Positions 42,168 through 53,675 of a DNA stretch of 64,000 nt are shown here, piece after piece. The translations under genes were made by a program, and so were the position numbers. This stretch comes from the human T2T-CHM13v2.0 reference genome, Homo sapiens. The notes under the pieces were generated by a model. That model was not told the origin of the DNA, made no database searches, and was given only the letters and a program-made list of their open reading frames with translations. Each line of letters starts with the position of its first letter. The first letter of the stretch is position 1. The stretch is from assembly GCF_009914755.1 (NCBI RefSeq), contig NC_060930.1, one strand, 5' to 3'.

Positions 42168-43529
42168 GCATTCTATTGTTACTTTCCTTTCTGTTAATGT
42201 CAAAGCTTTCTTTGTACTTTCATTTCTATCAGTGAATTTTAGTGTCTGCTGCTAGGCAAAATTGGTACTAGAGTGTATCAGCATTGCAATGTGCTAGCAT
42301 TTAGTTATACCTACAGTTTGCCCATAAACACAGATTTCCATCATGACCTGACAGTGCTTCATCATAGAAAAGCAAATCAGAGGTCATTAAATTTTCTTAG
42401 AGCTTATATCCTGGTTAATTTTAGAAAATGAGAATGCTCTTTGTTACAATGTTCTTGAAAATAATTTAATTGTATTATATCTCTAAGTGAATAGAATATG
42501 TTTTCAGACCCAAATTGTGAATCATAAAGAACTGAATAATTAATCTAATTGGATCAGAAAACTAAGAAAAAAAAAATAGTGGCATGAGTGTTTTTGTTTG
42601 GTGTGGTATATAACAAGACATTCCTGGTGCTCATCCTGGTCCTTATATAAGCTAGAACATATCTGGTCATTTTTCTCATTTGTTGAACAAATGTTTACCA
42701 CCTCCAGTTTTATTTTTGTTATCTCAAGAGTCAGTAGCTATTCTCTATAATAATGGTGAATTAAGTATTATTGTGGCTGTGTTTAATTTAACACTTAGAT
42801 TAGTTTCAGATTTTCACTAATCTAAACAGAGGATTGTGGAGGGCAGGGTTTGGAAGAACACCCAAAATTCTTTGAGGACATTGTGTGTTATGCACTGCGC
42901 TATGTTGCATATGCTATTTTTCTTTAACTCCTGTAATGCTATGAAAGGTAGGCATTAAAACCATGTTAAATACTAGAAAAATGAAAACAAAATCTTATTA
43001 CTAGTTATTGGTATAGTTGGAAGTAGAGCTCAGGCCTTAATTTCCTGAGATTTTTGCTTGTAGCACTAGTTCTTTTATTAATATACGTACCTGCAGGCTC
43101 CAGTGTAAAAAATAGGAAATATGTATGAACATCTTCTATGAAGTTTTCTATATGGCAGCCCATTTAAAAAAATTGAAGTGGAATTTTGCTTATTTTCTTT
43201 TGTTTACATTTGTTTACATTATTGTATTCATTTGTTTACATTATTAATACACTGTCTCTTTGTAGTAAATTACAGGCCAATAAAAGTTCTTTATTTGTTA
43301 GAAGGTCAGAGAAAGTAGATTTTATGTTTTTTTCTAATTAAATAATTTTATTGGGAAAAAAGAAACACTTTGAACATGAAAGCATAAAGACTATTATTCA
43401 GTCAGTTTAGTAAATCATGTGCCATGAACACAATGTGCGGGGTGGCCCTGGCAGACTGTTCACAACCTGCAGGAAGATGTCATGTTTTTATGCTACTCAT
43501 TTTTTTATGTTATTGCTTTAAATGACATG

Positions 43530-43642
43530 GAGAATTTTAGGTGTTTAAAAAACTATCTGAAAAGAGTTGACTAATTATTGTTGTTTGAAGCAATAGTGAT
43601 ATGGTGTCTTCTACCTCCGGCAAGCATACAAACACCATTTGT
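43530..43642 (-). pseudogene. Fossil exon: RGS alpha7-alpha8 (SLLLQTTIISQLFSDSF[fs]KHLK)
   Basis: Q-xx-I-xxx-L-xx-D-S-F spacing equals RGS4 [13 protein letters not shown]. Phase-2 start is compatible with the 44002 donor. Confidence 0.68.
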
Positions 43643-44001
43643 CTAAATAGCTCTGTGTGATCCAAGATATACTATTATTTACTTAGAGTTTTTATGGTTT
43701 ACATCAGTAAGGAACTTTTATCATAGGGTGTTTGTGAAAAAAGAACTGCCTGATCTCAAGGAATGCTTTATGATAATAATGACAGGCTGTATTAGCATGA
43801 TTGTAGCCTGAAGCCTCCCATTCCTGAAGAAGGGGCCACTACTATTTCTTGAGCCTTTTCCTTCCACTCTGACCCCCATCAGTCCTCTTTACCAAGTACT
43901 CATTTACATTATAGTTCATAGTGTGGTGTCAGCTGTTCCCAAAGGTGCTCTCCTCAAGCGAGTGAATCATTTCTAGGATAATGGCTTGTTTCAGAACTTA
44001 C

Positions 44002-44198
44002 ACAATGTCTTTTTTGGTCTTGGGAGATCAAATGACAAACTATCACAATCAAGGGCTAGATTATGGTTTTTTGATAACATGTCTCAAACTAGGGTTAGCA
44101 GTTTCTTCACTTGAGATATATTTCTGGATTGAATTCTATAAACTGTTCCACAGTAGTAATGTCACGTGGCTCACATATTTGCTTTTGTTACTCACATA
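44002..44198 (-). pseudogene. Fossil exon: RGS alpha3-alpha5 (YVSNKSKYVSHVTLLLWNSL*NSIQKYISSEETANPSLRHVIKK)
   Basis: Acceptor ttgctgtatag|, donor TGT|gtaagt. LLLW..IQKY resembles LLFWQEVQKY of RGS22 (recalled). Confidence 0.7.
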
Positions 44199-44381
44199 CT
44201 ATACAGCAATAAACTCAAATTATTATGCATTATCAGATTGTATTATAAATAGCAATCCAGCATCAATAATTATCTCTTTTGAGTGTTTTGTCTTGAAGAA
44301 AAGTGCTAAGATCCTTCTTAGTAAAATCAAGCTAACATAACTTTTCTGTCTCCTATAATTGAAATCAATTACTTCAAAAAT

Positions 44382-44431
44382 AAATATAGTTCTATATTAT
44401 GACCTAAAAAATATAGTTCTATATTATGACC
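44382..44431 (+). repeat. Tandem duplication 23 bp x2
   Basis: aaatatagttctatattatgacc at 44382 and 44409. Confidence 0.95.
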
Positions 44432-45326
44432 ATTGAAAATAATGAAGTGTGGTTATATAGTTGCCCAGTTGGGACATAACCTTTACAAGGCATCATTCAT
44501 AATGAAAGAGTAGGTTTTGTTAGGACAGATACATTAATCTTAAGTAAACATTTAAGAATTTATAAAATTATTATAAATATATTTGTATAACTATATAGTT
44601 ATATACTTAATAATTATATATATACACACACTAATATGTATATATTTAAAGTGCCTCTGTTGTCATGGAGTCACAGTGAGATAATGTAATACCCTGGGGA
44701 GTAGTAGAGAGGTTCATTGTTCACCCTCTTATGGTACCTTTTGATTATTGCATTATGTTTAGAATTTAGGTTGTACAAAATGTTTTAAAAAGCTCTGTGT
44801 GTTATTAACTGTTATAGGAGTGTATTTCTTTAGTTCATGGATAATACAAGTGCTTGGTTGATTTACACTTTAAAATAAAACAATCATTTTGTTGAACTAG
44901 AGTTATTTTGTTTCACAAGGTACTCACTTGATCTGGTTGTAAAGAACAACTTCTGGGAGTACCATTTTCACATGGTATTTTTGGTTTTTTTCCCCTTCCA
45001 CATAGTTAGCATTACACAATTGCAAAACTTTGATTTAATGTCTGCTGCTTTATTTTCACTATAAATAAGCTTAAATGCTTATTTATAGTATTTTTTTTTT
45101 GACCTACATTAATGGATAGTTTTGGCCAAGGTGACAGTCTTCTGGGATGTCCTAATAATTTTTAGCTGAGTTTTACGCAACCATCTCTCTTACTTTGATA
45201 GGCAAAATAATTAGAGTGTATTTTTTGAGAATCTCTGCTAAGGGTGCCTTAAAGATTCTTCTAACTCCAGGCCTCTATGAATATGATGATTTTCCATTTT
45301 TAAAAGATGTGGCAGTATATTCTTAT

Positions 45327-45645
45327 TGGCAAAATGTGTTTTTGCTTGTATTCATTTAGAGCTCTGTCTCCTGTTTTTCTGATGATCAAATGGATTTCTG
45401 AACTTTACGTCACACCTTTAGTGACAGAATAAAATTAACCAACTAGATGTTATCCTAAGATGACCAAGTATCTAGGCATGAAGTGTTCTGAAAATCATTT
45501 CACACATTTATCTTGTGCTATATCGAACGCTTTGGTCATTAAACAAATGGGGTGCTTTTCTATACTTCGAAATAAATGTAAAGTGTGAAAATATTTTCAA
45601 ATGTGTTTGAGTTCCTTTGTATTTTACTTTACAAATGGATTTTTA
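45327..45645 (-). pseudogene. Fossil exon: RGS alpha7-alpha8 (KAFDIAQDKCVK*FSEHFMPRYL) then start of the next RGS domain (RAL..TSKNTFCQ)
   Basis: 45465-45530 aligns without gaps to the RGS signature [21 protein letters not shown] (F-D-x-A-Q-x12-P-R-Y-L). Splice sites are degraded. Confidence 0.78.
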
Positions 45646-46414
45646 TTATAGAGATCAGAAGATAGCAGTAAATACAGTGTCAAAAATTTTTGTTAAATAT
45701 TTATTTTTATTTATTATTTTTATTAAATATTTAAGAAATACATTGTGGGCCACACCCTCAGCTAGAAGCTTCACAGAGCAGTGCCAACCGCTTTCAGTGA
45801 TGCCTCGCACAGATATGGAGGCTGCGTAGTAACCGCAGCAGCACTACGTAGAAGAGGCTTTCTCTGTCTAGAACTCCTATAGGCTTAGGAAACCACTTTG
45901 CATGGCTGAAGTCTCGTGTGTAACCTACCAAGGGGGCCAGTGGATTCCCTCCAAGTTCTTGCTTCTTCTTGGTCCTCCCCAGAATTCTCTAAAGTAAGTG
46001 GAGGGTCATGGGCCTCAAAGTATGTAGGATGCATTGTCACCCACAGTTCCTCCCACACAAGTTGCTAGCGGAAGAGGGTGTAGGCTTCTAACTCTAATCA
46101 GAGTCACCTGTGGTTATGTCCATACATTCAGTCTGGTTGGAGTCAACTTTTCATGCCTGGAAGTCATTCTGCTCTAATGATAGTAAACACTTAATGAACA
46201 CCTATACTGTTTGAGGCCTTTTCTGAGTAATTTACAGACATTAGCTTGTTTCTTCTTCCCACCCACCCTGTGAGGTTAAGGACTTATATTATTCTGAATT
46301 TAAAGGTAAGGCAAATAACTATTAAGTAATTTATTTGCTTAAGGTCAAAAAGCTAGTAAAATACCAGGTTGGAATTCTTATCCACCAGGCTAACTTGCTT
46401 TTGATGCGATTTAC

Positions 46415-47689
46415 CCTGTCCATGTGCATAGTGAATGACTTCTCTATTTCCAGTTCCATGAGGATTTGCCCTAAGAGATTGTTGATGAGGAGCGTTGGCC
46501 CCAGTGTCCTATATTCTTAAGTTCAAGTCCTGGTTCGGCTACTCTTTTGCTGTGTGACCTTGAGAAAGCCTTGATTCCTCTTTTATAAGGTAGTAGTACT
46601 TTCTTTCATATATTCAAAAATGTTTATTGAGGGCCTACTGTGTACCAGGCACTGTTTGAGGTGTTAGGGATATTGTGGTAGGGATAAAGTTCCTGTCTTC
46701 ATGGAGTTTCAATTCTAGTGGTGGAGACAGACAGGTAAACAGCAGACTAGATTAAAATGTCAGATAGTGAACAGTGTAATGAGGAACAATAAAGCAGGAG
46801 ATGTAGAGCTGTTTTGGACAGAGAACTTTTAGGGGTGGCCTTCGAGATAGTGATGTTTGGTCTGAAATATGCAGGAAGTGAGGGAGAGAGCCAGGAGGAT
46901 GCCTAGAGAAGAGGGTCTCAGCGAAGCAAAAGGCCTTGGGGTGGAAAAGCAAAGAAGCCACTATGAGCAGAGTGTTTGGAGGGAGAGCGGTAGGAAATGA
47001 GACTGGGAGGCAATCAGGAACCAGAGCAGACTTTGCATTTTATTCATCATGCAATGGGAGTTGGCATGAGCAGGGGATTGGCATGACCTGATGGAGTTTT
47101 CAGTCTTGTGTGGCTGCTGTAGGGACAATATCCTGTCGTGAAGTCCGAATGGAAGAAGAGAGAATGGGTTGCTCCCGTGATAGTCTAGATGAGACATGGT
47201 GGAAACAGCATCCTAGGGTAAGCCCCTCCTCTGGAGGCTTGTAGTCCAGAACACTCTTCTGCCAGCTGTCCTGGGCCCAATCTGATCACATTATTTAACT
47301 TTACCACTCCCTTCCTTCCCTGGCATCCCAAAGCCTGGTTACTCTTCTGTATTTCTTTCCTCCATAGCACTTATTGCTCTCTAATGTGTGGTATCATTTG
47401 CTTATATATTAGGTTTATTTATGACTTTCATCGCTTACCAGAGCTTAAGCTGCTCAAGGGCAGGGATTTTTCTATTTTCCTCTGTAATGTGTCCCAGATG
47501 CTTTGAACAGAGCCTGGCATAGAGTGTGTGCTTGGCAGGTATTTGCTGAATGTATGGCTTAAGTGCTGATGGAGGAGGTGAGAGGAGATGTAATTTGAAG
47601 ACAAAGCCAACAGGATTTTCTTCTGGATGTTCTTGTCCATTTCTGGAAGTTATTCTAGTAGACTGGAGGTAATAAACTTAACTTGGTAC
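46415..47689 (-). pseudogene. Fossil exon split by L2/MIR: YQVKFITSSLLE*LPEMDKNIQKKI ^ EYRTLGPTLLINNLLGQILMELEIEKSF
   Basis: Acceptor attttatgtcag| at 47689, donor AGG|gtaaat at 46415. The two halves flank an L2/MIR block and join to QKKI..EYRTLGP, like RGS22 QKIIEHRKELGP (recalled). Confidence 0.58.
46520..47615. mobile_element. MIR fragment plus antisense L2a with a nested sense L2 (~47200-47560)
   Basis: ttcatatattcaaaaatgtttattgagggcctactgtgtaccaggcactg (L2 tail, antisense); gcctggcatagagtgtgtgcttggcaggtatttgctgaatg (sense tail). Confidence 0.75.
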
Positions 47690-47806
47690 CTGACATAAAA
47701 TACAACCTCAATAAACCATTAATATATCATTATAAGGCCAATGTGCAGTAAAGGGCTACATTTTACTCTTTCATGGGAAAATAAATTAATAGAAGAAAGT
47801 ATAGAT

Positions 47807-48029
47807 TAGAGGTCAGCAAACTCTGGCCCATGGGCCAAAATAGCCCATTGCCTGCTTTTGTAAATAGAGTTTAATTGCAACAGAACCATGCTCGTATGTT
47901 TACATATTGTGTATGGCTACTTTTGCTCTATGACAACAGAGTTAGGTAGTTGTAACAGAGACCTATGGGTCCTCAAAACCTGAAATATTTACTGTCTGGC
48001 TCTTTCCAGGAAAAATATGCCAGCCCCTG
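47807..48029 (+). mobile_element. MER58A MITE (Cheshire derivative)
   Basis: tagaggtcagcaaact ... tatgccagcccctg; TSD-like gtatagat/atatagag. Confidence 0.85.
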
Positions 48030-48069
48030 ATATAGAGAGCATTATACTGAGTATATGGTATTATATATT

Positions 48070-48824
48070 TTGCAGTATAGATCATAATGCCATTTGACAA
48101 GTTGTTATAATGAAGTAATGTTGATGAAAGCAAATATTGAACAACAGGAAAGTAGTTGGTTATGAATTAATATAGACTTATCTTCACCAAATCAGTTTAT
48201 TTATAAAATATCAAAAGACAGAATCTGAAAGTCCTACAATTAATCAAGTTGAAGTATCACTGAATATTTTAGGTCATCATTCACTCCCATACTCGATAAT
48301 CAGAACATGCCACAACATAAGTCCAGACCTCGCGATACTTCTCGGATAACAGTTCTTGAATCACAGCACCAGGCCAGAGTGGCAAACAGCATCGTTTTCT
48401 TTGGCTCAGCGATAGGGTTAGGCTTTGTGTCCTCACCCAAATCTCATCTTGAATTGTAATTCCTGTAATCCGCATAATCCCCATGTGTCACGGGAGAGTC
48501 CGGGTGGAGGTAAATGAATTATGAGGATGGTTTCCCCAATGTTGTTCTCATGATAGTGAGTGAGTTCTCACGAGATCTGATGGTTTTATACAGAGCTCTT
48601 TCCCCCTTCACTCAGCCCTTCTCCTTCCTGCTGCCTTCTGAAGAAAGTGCCTTGCTTTCCCTTCACCTTCCACCATGATTTAAGTTTCCAAGCCTCCCCA
48701 GCCATGCTGAATTGTGAGTCAAGTAAACCTCTTTACTTTATAAATTACCCAGTCTCTGGCAGTTCTTTATAGCCATGTGAAAATGTACAAATACACTCAG
48801 TGTGTTTAAAATTTTTCTGTGAAT
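48070..48824 (-). pseudogene. Fossil exon split by a THE1C LTR: IHRKILNTLS^QRKRCCLPLWPGAVIQELLSEKYREVWTYVVACSDY...
   Basis: Acceptor tttatccaag|. Removing THE1C and one CTCAG TSD restores a continuous frame. IQ-x9-VW spacing equals RGS22 IQKHVQNRLENVW (recalled). 3' end uncertain. Confidence 0.72.
48410..48795 (+). mobile_element. THE1C MaLR solo LTR
   Basis: gatagggttaggctttgtgtcc...aaataca; 5-bp TSD CTCAG at 48405-48409 and 48796-48800. Confidence 0.92.
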
Positions 48825-49360
48825 CTTGGATAAATTAAATACAAACTTCTCAGCCTGGTGTTCACTTGCCTTTCTAACCAGACTCTGTCTTAATAACTCC
48901 TACTCTCTAATAAGCACACGTACACATTCTCGTTTTCTCTCTCTCTCTGTCTCTCTCACATACATATATACGACAGTTGATGTCCGTCCCTTTCTGAAGA
49001 GAGATGTTGTTTCTTTCCCTACCCTTGGTATCCATTTGTGAAATTCCACTTTCTTACTCAAGGCCTGTCTAAAATGCTGTCTCCTTTTTGAAGGCTTTTC
49101 TGGTTCCAGTTATGGTTGTTACCTTCCTTGATTTGGCCATTCATATGGTCCTTGTCATGTTTCCTTACAGTTACCTGTGCATTTGTATTATTCTACCCTA
49201 TTAGATTCTAACGGATGACATAGTGTTTTGCATAGAATGCGTCTTCAGTAAGTATAGAATTTAATTGAATTGATACAAATGTTTGTGTGTGATGCATTTT
49301 AATATTTGCTAATCTAAATAATAAAAAGTAAAATGCTGATAACTCATAATTTAGAAAACT

Positions 49361-49872
49361 GCCTTTCCTGTTTTGAAAAAAAGAGTGCAGCTTGCTGCCA
49401 GTGCTCATTTAATTTTACATAAACATGCTCTGTGAGGCTGAAGCAAATCTGACTGATTTTCAGTGTGAAAATAAAACATAAAAAGTGTTCCTGGAGTTAC
49501 TTCTAAACAGAATTAACATCAGAACTGTCTGAATTATCAGAATCGTCTATTTCAGAAAAATTGGATTCATCAAATAACTCTTCGGTGAACAATTATTTGA
49601 GAACAATGTTACCATCATACAAACGAATGCTGCGTTTTCTAGGATTTGACATTTTCAGCGATTGAGAATTACTACATTTTGTAAATGGAAATACCACTAC
49701 TAAAAACAGAATGCCATAAATAGAATGATGTCTTTTGCTTCCAAAGTCGAGATACTAGAGTGATGTGAAAATAATAATAAAAGCAAGATACTTCGTGGCA
49801 AAGTTATCTCGGGGTGAATGCTCCAGTCACAACCACCACTGGTGGATGTTCTTGGGGCAAATGGGACAAAGG
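49361..49872 (-). mobile_element. MER75 piggyBac-derived MITE
   Basis: Matches MER75 (gagataactttgccacgaa, atcagtcagatttgcttcagcctc on minus); TTAA at 49873-49876. Confidence 0.88.
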
Positions 49873-49943
49873 TTAAGGTATTTTTATGGTTGGCCAGGAT
49901 GGACTGTTATTATTATGAATTTTGGGATTCCCTTAAAGTCTAC

Positions 49944-50075
49944 TTTCAAGTGGATTCAAGCATGGATAGAACAACCAAAGGTGTTGTGTCTTGCTACCGC
50001 TGCTTCTACTCTTACTACTGCTTTAGGCTGTCTAGTCTGTAGTGCAGTTAAAAGGATATGAAGCCTCTTGAACCT
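49944..50075 (-). pseudogene. Fossil exon: RFKRLHILLTALQTRQPKAVVRVE...
   Basis: cctctccag|...TTGAAA|gtagac; exactly 132 nt (44 codons), phase 0 at both ends, matching both neighbouring fossil exons; one TGA. Confidence 0.55.
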
Positions 50076-50149
50076 CTGGAGAGGACCATGTTCTTTTGAG
50101 CCACAGGTAATCATATAAGTAGACTGGCTTGACAAGTCTAAAGGCCCTG

Positions 50150-50685
50150 AATTAGTTATCTATTGCTGTATAACTGCGAACGTTGCTGCTTAAAACAGCA
50201 CACATTTATTATCTCACAGCATCTGTGAGTCAATAGCTCGGGCATAATTTAGGGTCCTCTGCCAGGCTGCAGTCTAGGTGTCTGCAAGAACTAGAGTCTT
50301 ACCTGAAGGCTTGACTGGGGAAGGAGATTCTTCCAAGCTCACATGGTTGTTGGGAGCATTTAGTTCTTTACAGGCTATTGGATTATGGGCCTCAGTCTCT
50401 TGTTGGCTGTCAATCAGAGGCCACCCTTAGTTTCTTGCCATGTGGCCTGCTCCATAGGGCAGCCTACAACATGGCAGCTTCTTCAAAGCCAGCAAAAGAG
50501 AGAGTTTTCTAGCTAGATGGATGTTATAATGTTATATAATGTAATGATCCAAGTGACATCTGTCACTTTTACCATACTTAACTGGTTAGAAGCAAGTTAC
50601 AGATCCTGCCTACACGTAGGGGGAAAGGATTCCGCAAGGGCGTAATTCCAGGAGTCAGGATTCTGGAGGCCATATTCCAGTCTGT
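50150..50685 (-). mobile_element. MLT1F-like MaLR LTR
   Basis: ttagttatctattgctg...cacacatttattatctcacag...ggttagaagcaagt. Confidence 0.8.
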
Positions 50686-50898
50686 TGTTAAGAGGCTCAT
50701 ATAACATTTTTATTAGAGCTATCTGTATAGAAGTGCTATGATTTTCTTATTTGTATTTTAAAAATTCTTGACTGTTAAAATGGCATGTTTGTGATAATTA
50801 GCTAATATATCTTGCTTCTTTTTCCTCTTATAGCAGATAAGTTGTAGTTAATTGGTAGTTCATGTTAAAGTTTTATTTATATTTCTGCTTTTTCCTAC

Positions 50899-51092
50899 CA
50901 TTTCTTCTCATGAGTAGGCTGGAGAGAGCATGTGCCAAATCCCGACTCCTTGGTATTATCTGAAATGATTGATTAGTTCTGCCATCTTTAACTCTTCCCT
51001 TACATTCCAGGTAGCTCCTCTTCTGGTTCTTCCTTTTTCCTTTTTCTTTGTTCCTTTCCATTCTTCCCCTTTGGATCATTTTCTATTTCACT
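50899..51092 (-). pseudogene. Fossil exon: charged linker plus RGS alpha2-alpha4 (EELKMAELINHFR*Y...AYS*EEM)
   Basis: ctgcag|...GAAATG|gtagga. HFR*Y (TAA plausibly from CAA) matches HFRQF of RGS22 as recalled; a TGA sits at the expected conserved Trp. Confidence 0.62.
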
Positions 51093-52999
51093 CTGCAGTT
51101 TAATGACTTTTATATTCCCCATATATATTTTATATGCTCTATAATTGTGTGTTGAAAGTATGGTTTAAATGACATAATAATTTTGAATTTGCCTTAGTAA
51201 CCTGAAGTTTTTACAGTGGGTTCTGTTGAGACTGCAGGGTTCTTAGGGGTTAGAAGTGAGAAGATAGGCAGATAAGCTATAAATCAGTTCTGCTCAGTTC
51301 TGCTCAGAATGTGGACTGTGCTGGCTTGTGAAAGATTATTACGAGTCAAAGATAAGATATAGACAGAAATAGAAGGTAAGTGTTTAGAAACTTTTGTAGG
51401 GTTTGGTGGGGTTTTTTGTACTTTATTTGTTAAGTATTAATGATAACATTATGTCACACACTGTGCTTTTACAACAGCTCTCATGAACTTTTAAAGTATG
51501 GTTTGATTCTTCCTGATAGTACTTGTGGCATCGAAGCATACCCTGAATGACAGGCTGTATTTACTGTAAATACTTTAAAAAATTGTTGCTAACAATATGA
51601 GTGTAATTAATGAATTTTAAATGGTCCCAGCTTATTGATATTAACCCGTTGATTATTTGTTGTAACTTAATAAATTATTGCCAGATTCTAAATATGGGTA
51701 TGCTACTTAGAGAGGTCCCCAAGACCCCTGTAGTCTTATTAAGGCATTTCTTTGTTGGGTTTGTATCTCCTCTCCATTCTATTTCTTATTCTGTCATTTT
51801 GGGGGGATTACTTTATTACATTACATATTTGGGAGATTAGCTACTTTTTCTTTACTCACAAATATGACCTGAATTTGGTCCCATCAGGGTTTCTGCTACT
51901 TGTAATTATATCATTTCATTTTCAAACAGAACCTTGCTTAAATAGATGTAGCAATCTTTAGTCCAAGTACAGCTTTTCTCCTTTGTAGGGGAAACTGGAG
52001 TTTGGAGGAACAGTTTAAGCAGAAGCCACTTTTCCACTCTCATGGGCTCAACCTAGGTGTCTTCACAAGAGAATGGTTGGCTTCACTGGGTTCATGTTAA
52101 TACAGGGAGGAGGGGAGCCCACTTAAAAATACAGTCAGTGTCACAAAAATCTTTTTGGTTTTTTCCTCCCTAAATATAGTATTTCTTTTTGTAATAGTTT
52201 TATCCTCTGATTTTTAAAGCATCTTTTTAGTTTTTCTTGCTTGCTTTTCTTGTGAAAGTTGCTATTTTCAGGTGTTTTGAATTGTTTTGGAAGTTATAAA
52301 TGGAATTGTGTACTTCAGAGAAGGTCAAGTTTAGAACTCATCATGTGTCATGTGCCTATCTCCCTTCTTTATTTTTAAATGGCACACGAGTGTCTGACTC
52401 GCACATGGTATTTCTTGCTTTTTAGACTGGTGCCAGACTCAGTGTCTTTTGTTTTTAATAGATAAACGTCTGGTGGTTTGTGTTTTGCTGCGAGATGCAT
52501 GTGAGTCATACTAATCACGAACTCCGTCCTTCCTCCAACCTCTGATTATTTTTGGACAATTTACCTATACCTCAACATCTTGAAGCTTATATGTTGAAAA
52601 TCTCAACTGTATATCTGTTTATAAGTATTCTGATTAATCACCTGCACTTTTCATTTCCTTATAGATTTATGTATTTACTTTTTTGGTGAGCAAACTACCA
52701 GTCTTGTTAGCTTTGTTTTTATACTTGTATATTGTTCACAAAATTAGCAAAAGACTTAAGATAATTGGCCATTAATCTTTGTGACTTACTTTCTTCATAG
52801 TCATGGACATTACCAAAAATCTTAATTTCATTAGTATATCTAATTCTGTGAATTACACTCTTCTAGCACAGTGGCTCATAGTTAAAAACAAACAAAACCA
52901 ACAATACTATGATCAAAAAGACAACTGATATATTTTATGTTATTATTAAAGAGCTTGTTCAGCATTATCAAAATCGTCTTTATTTCCCCAATATGTTAT

Positions 53000-53260
53000 G
53001 ACAGGTGGTATGTGTAATGGTTAAGAGCATAGATGTTGGAGCCAGACCGTCTGGATTCTACCACTTAACCAGCTGTGTGATGTTTTTGATATTTGGCAAA
53101 TCACTTTACCTTTCCATTCCTTGGCTTCATCTCTGTAAAATGAGGAATAGTAGTACCTACCACATGGGGCAGTTTTCAGTATTAGCTAAATATATGTAAA
53201 GTGCTTGTAACAGTACCTGGCGCTGCCCTATAAATGCTATGTATGTTCTTAGCTGCCATT
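53000..53260 (+). mobile_element. MIR
   Basis: ggttaagagcatag...catctctgtaaaatgaggaatagtagtacctac. Confidence 0.8.
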
Positions 53261-53675
53261 GTTTATCTTTGTGATGGTCTCTATTTGTGTTACAATTTTT
53301 TTAACAATAGCAAAGAAACCTTTACTTATGAGATATTAAAAGTATGTACTAAGATTTAAGTTTTTTAGGCTAAAAATTTCTAGTAAAGCTAGTTTCTATA
53401 ACTCTTAAGAGATGAACAATTGAAGCTAAACACTTTTCATTATCAAGGGCTATTACAAAGTGATATTTTAGACATAAAAAAAAAGGTCTATGGAGTTGCA
53501 TGGAAGACTAAGTTATGTGGTTCTGCCTTTTTTAGCATTCTGGCCTTCTGTGTTCGTTTAACATTTGCAAAGTTCCAAATTGAAGACATAAAGATAGGTG
53601 ATTTGTCAATGAGGTAGTATAAAGTCCTACATGTCTTATATCTAGAACTGAGGTTTTCATTGAATTACCACTTAC

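Noticed and set aside
45820-45840. Small hairpin gctgcg-tagtaac-cgcagc
   Set aside because: A 6-bp stem is expected by chance in 64 kb.
45924-45940. CTCF-like ctaccaagggggcc
   Set aside because: Needs a gap or several mismatches to fit the core motif.
51217-51375. Sense pseudo-exon ending AAG|gtaagt
   Set aside because: Modest acceptor and no other support; such pairs are common in long introns.
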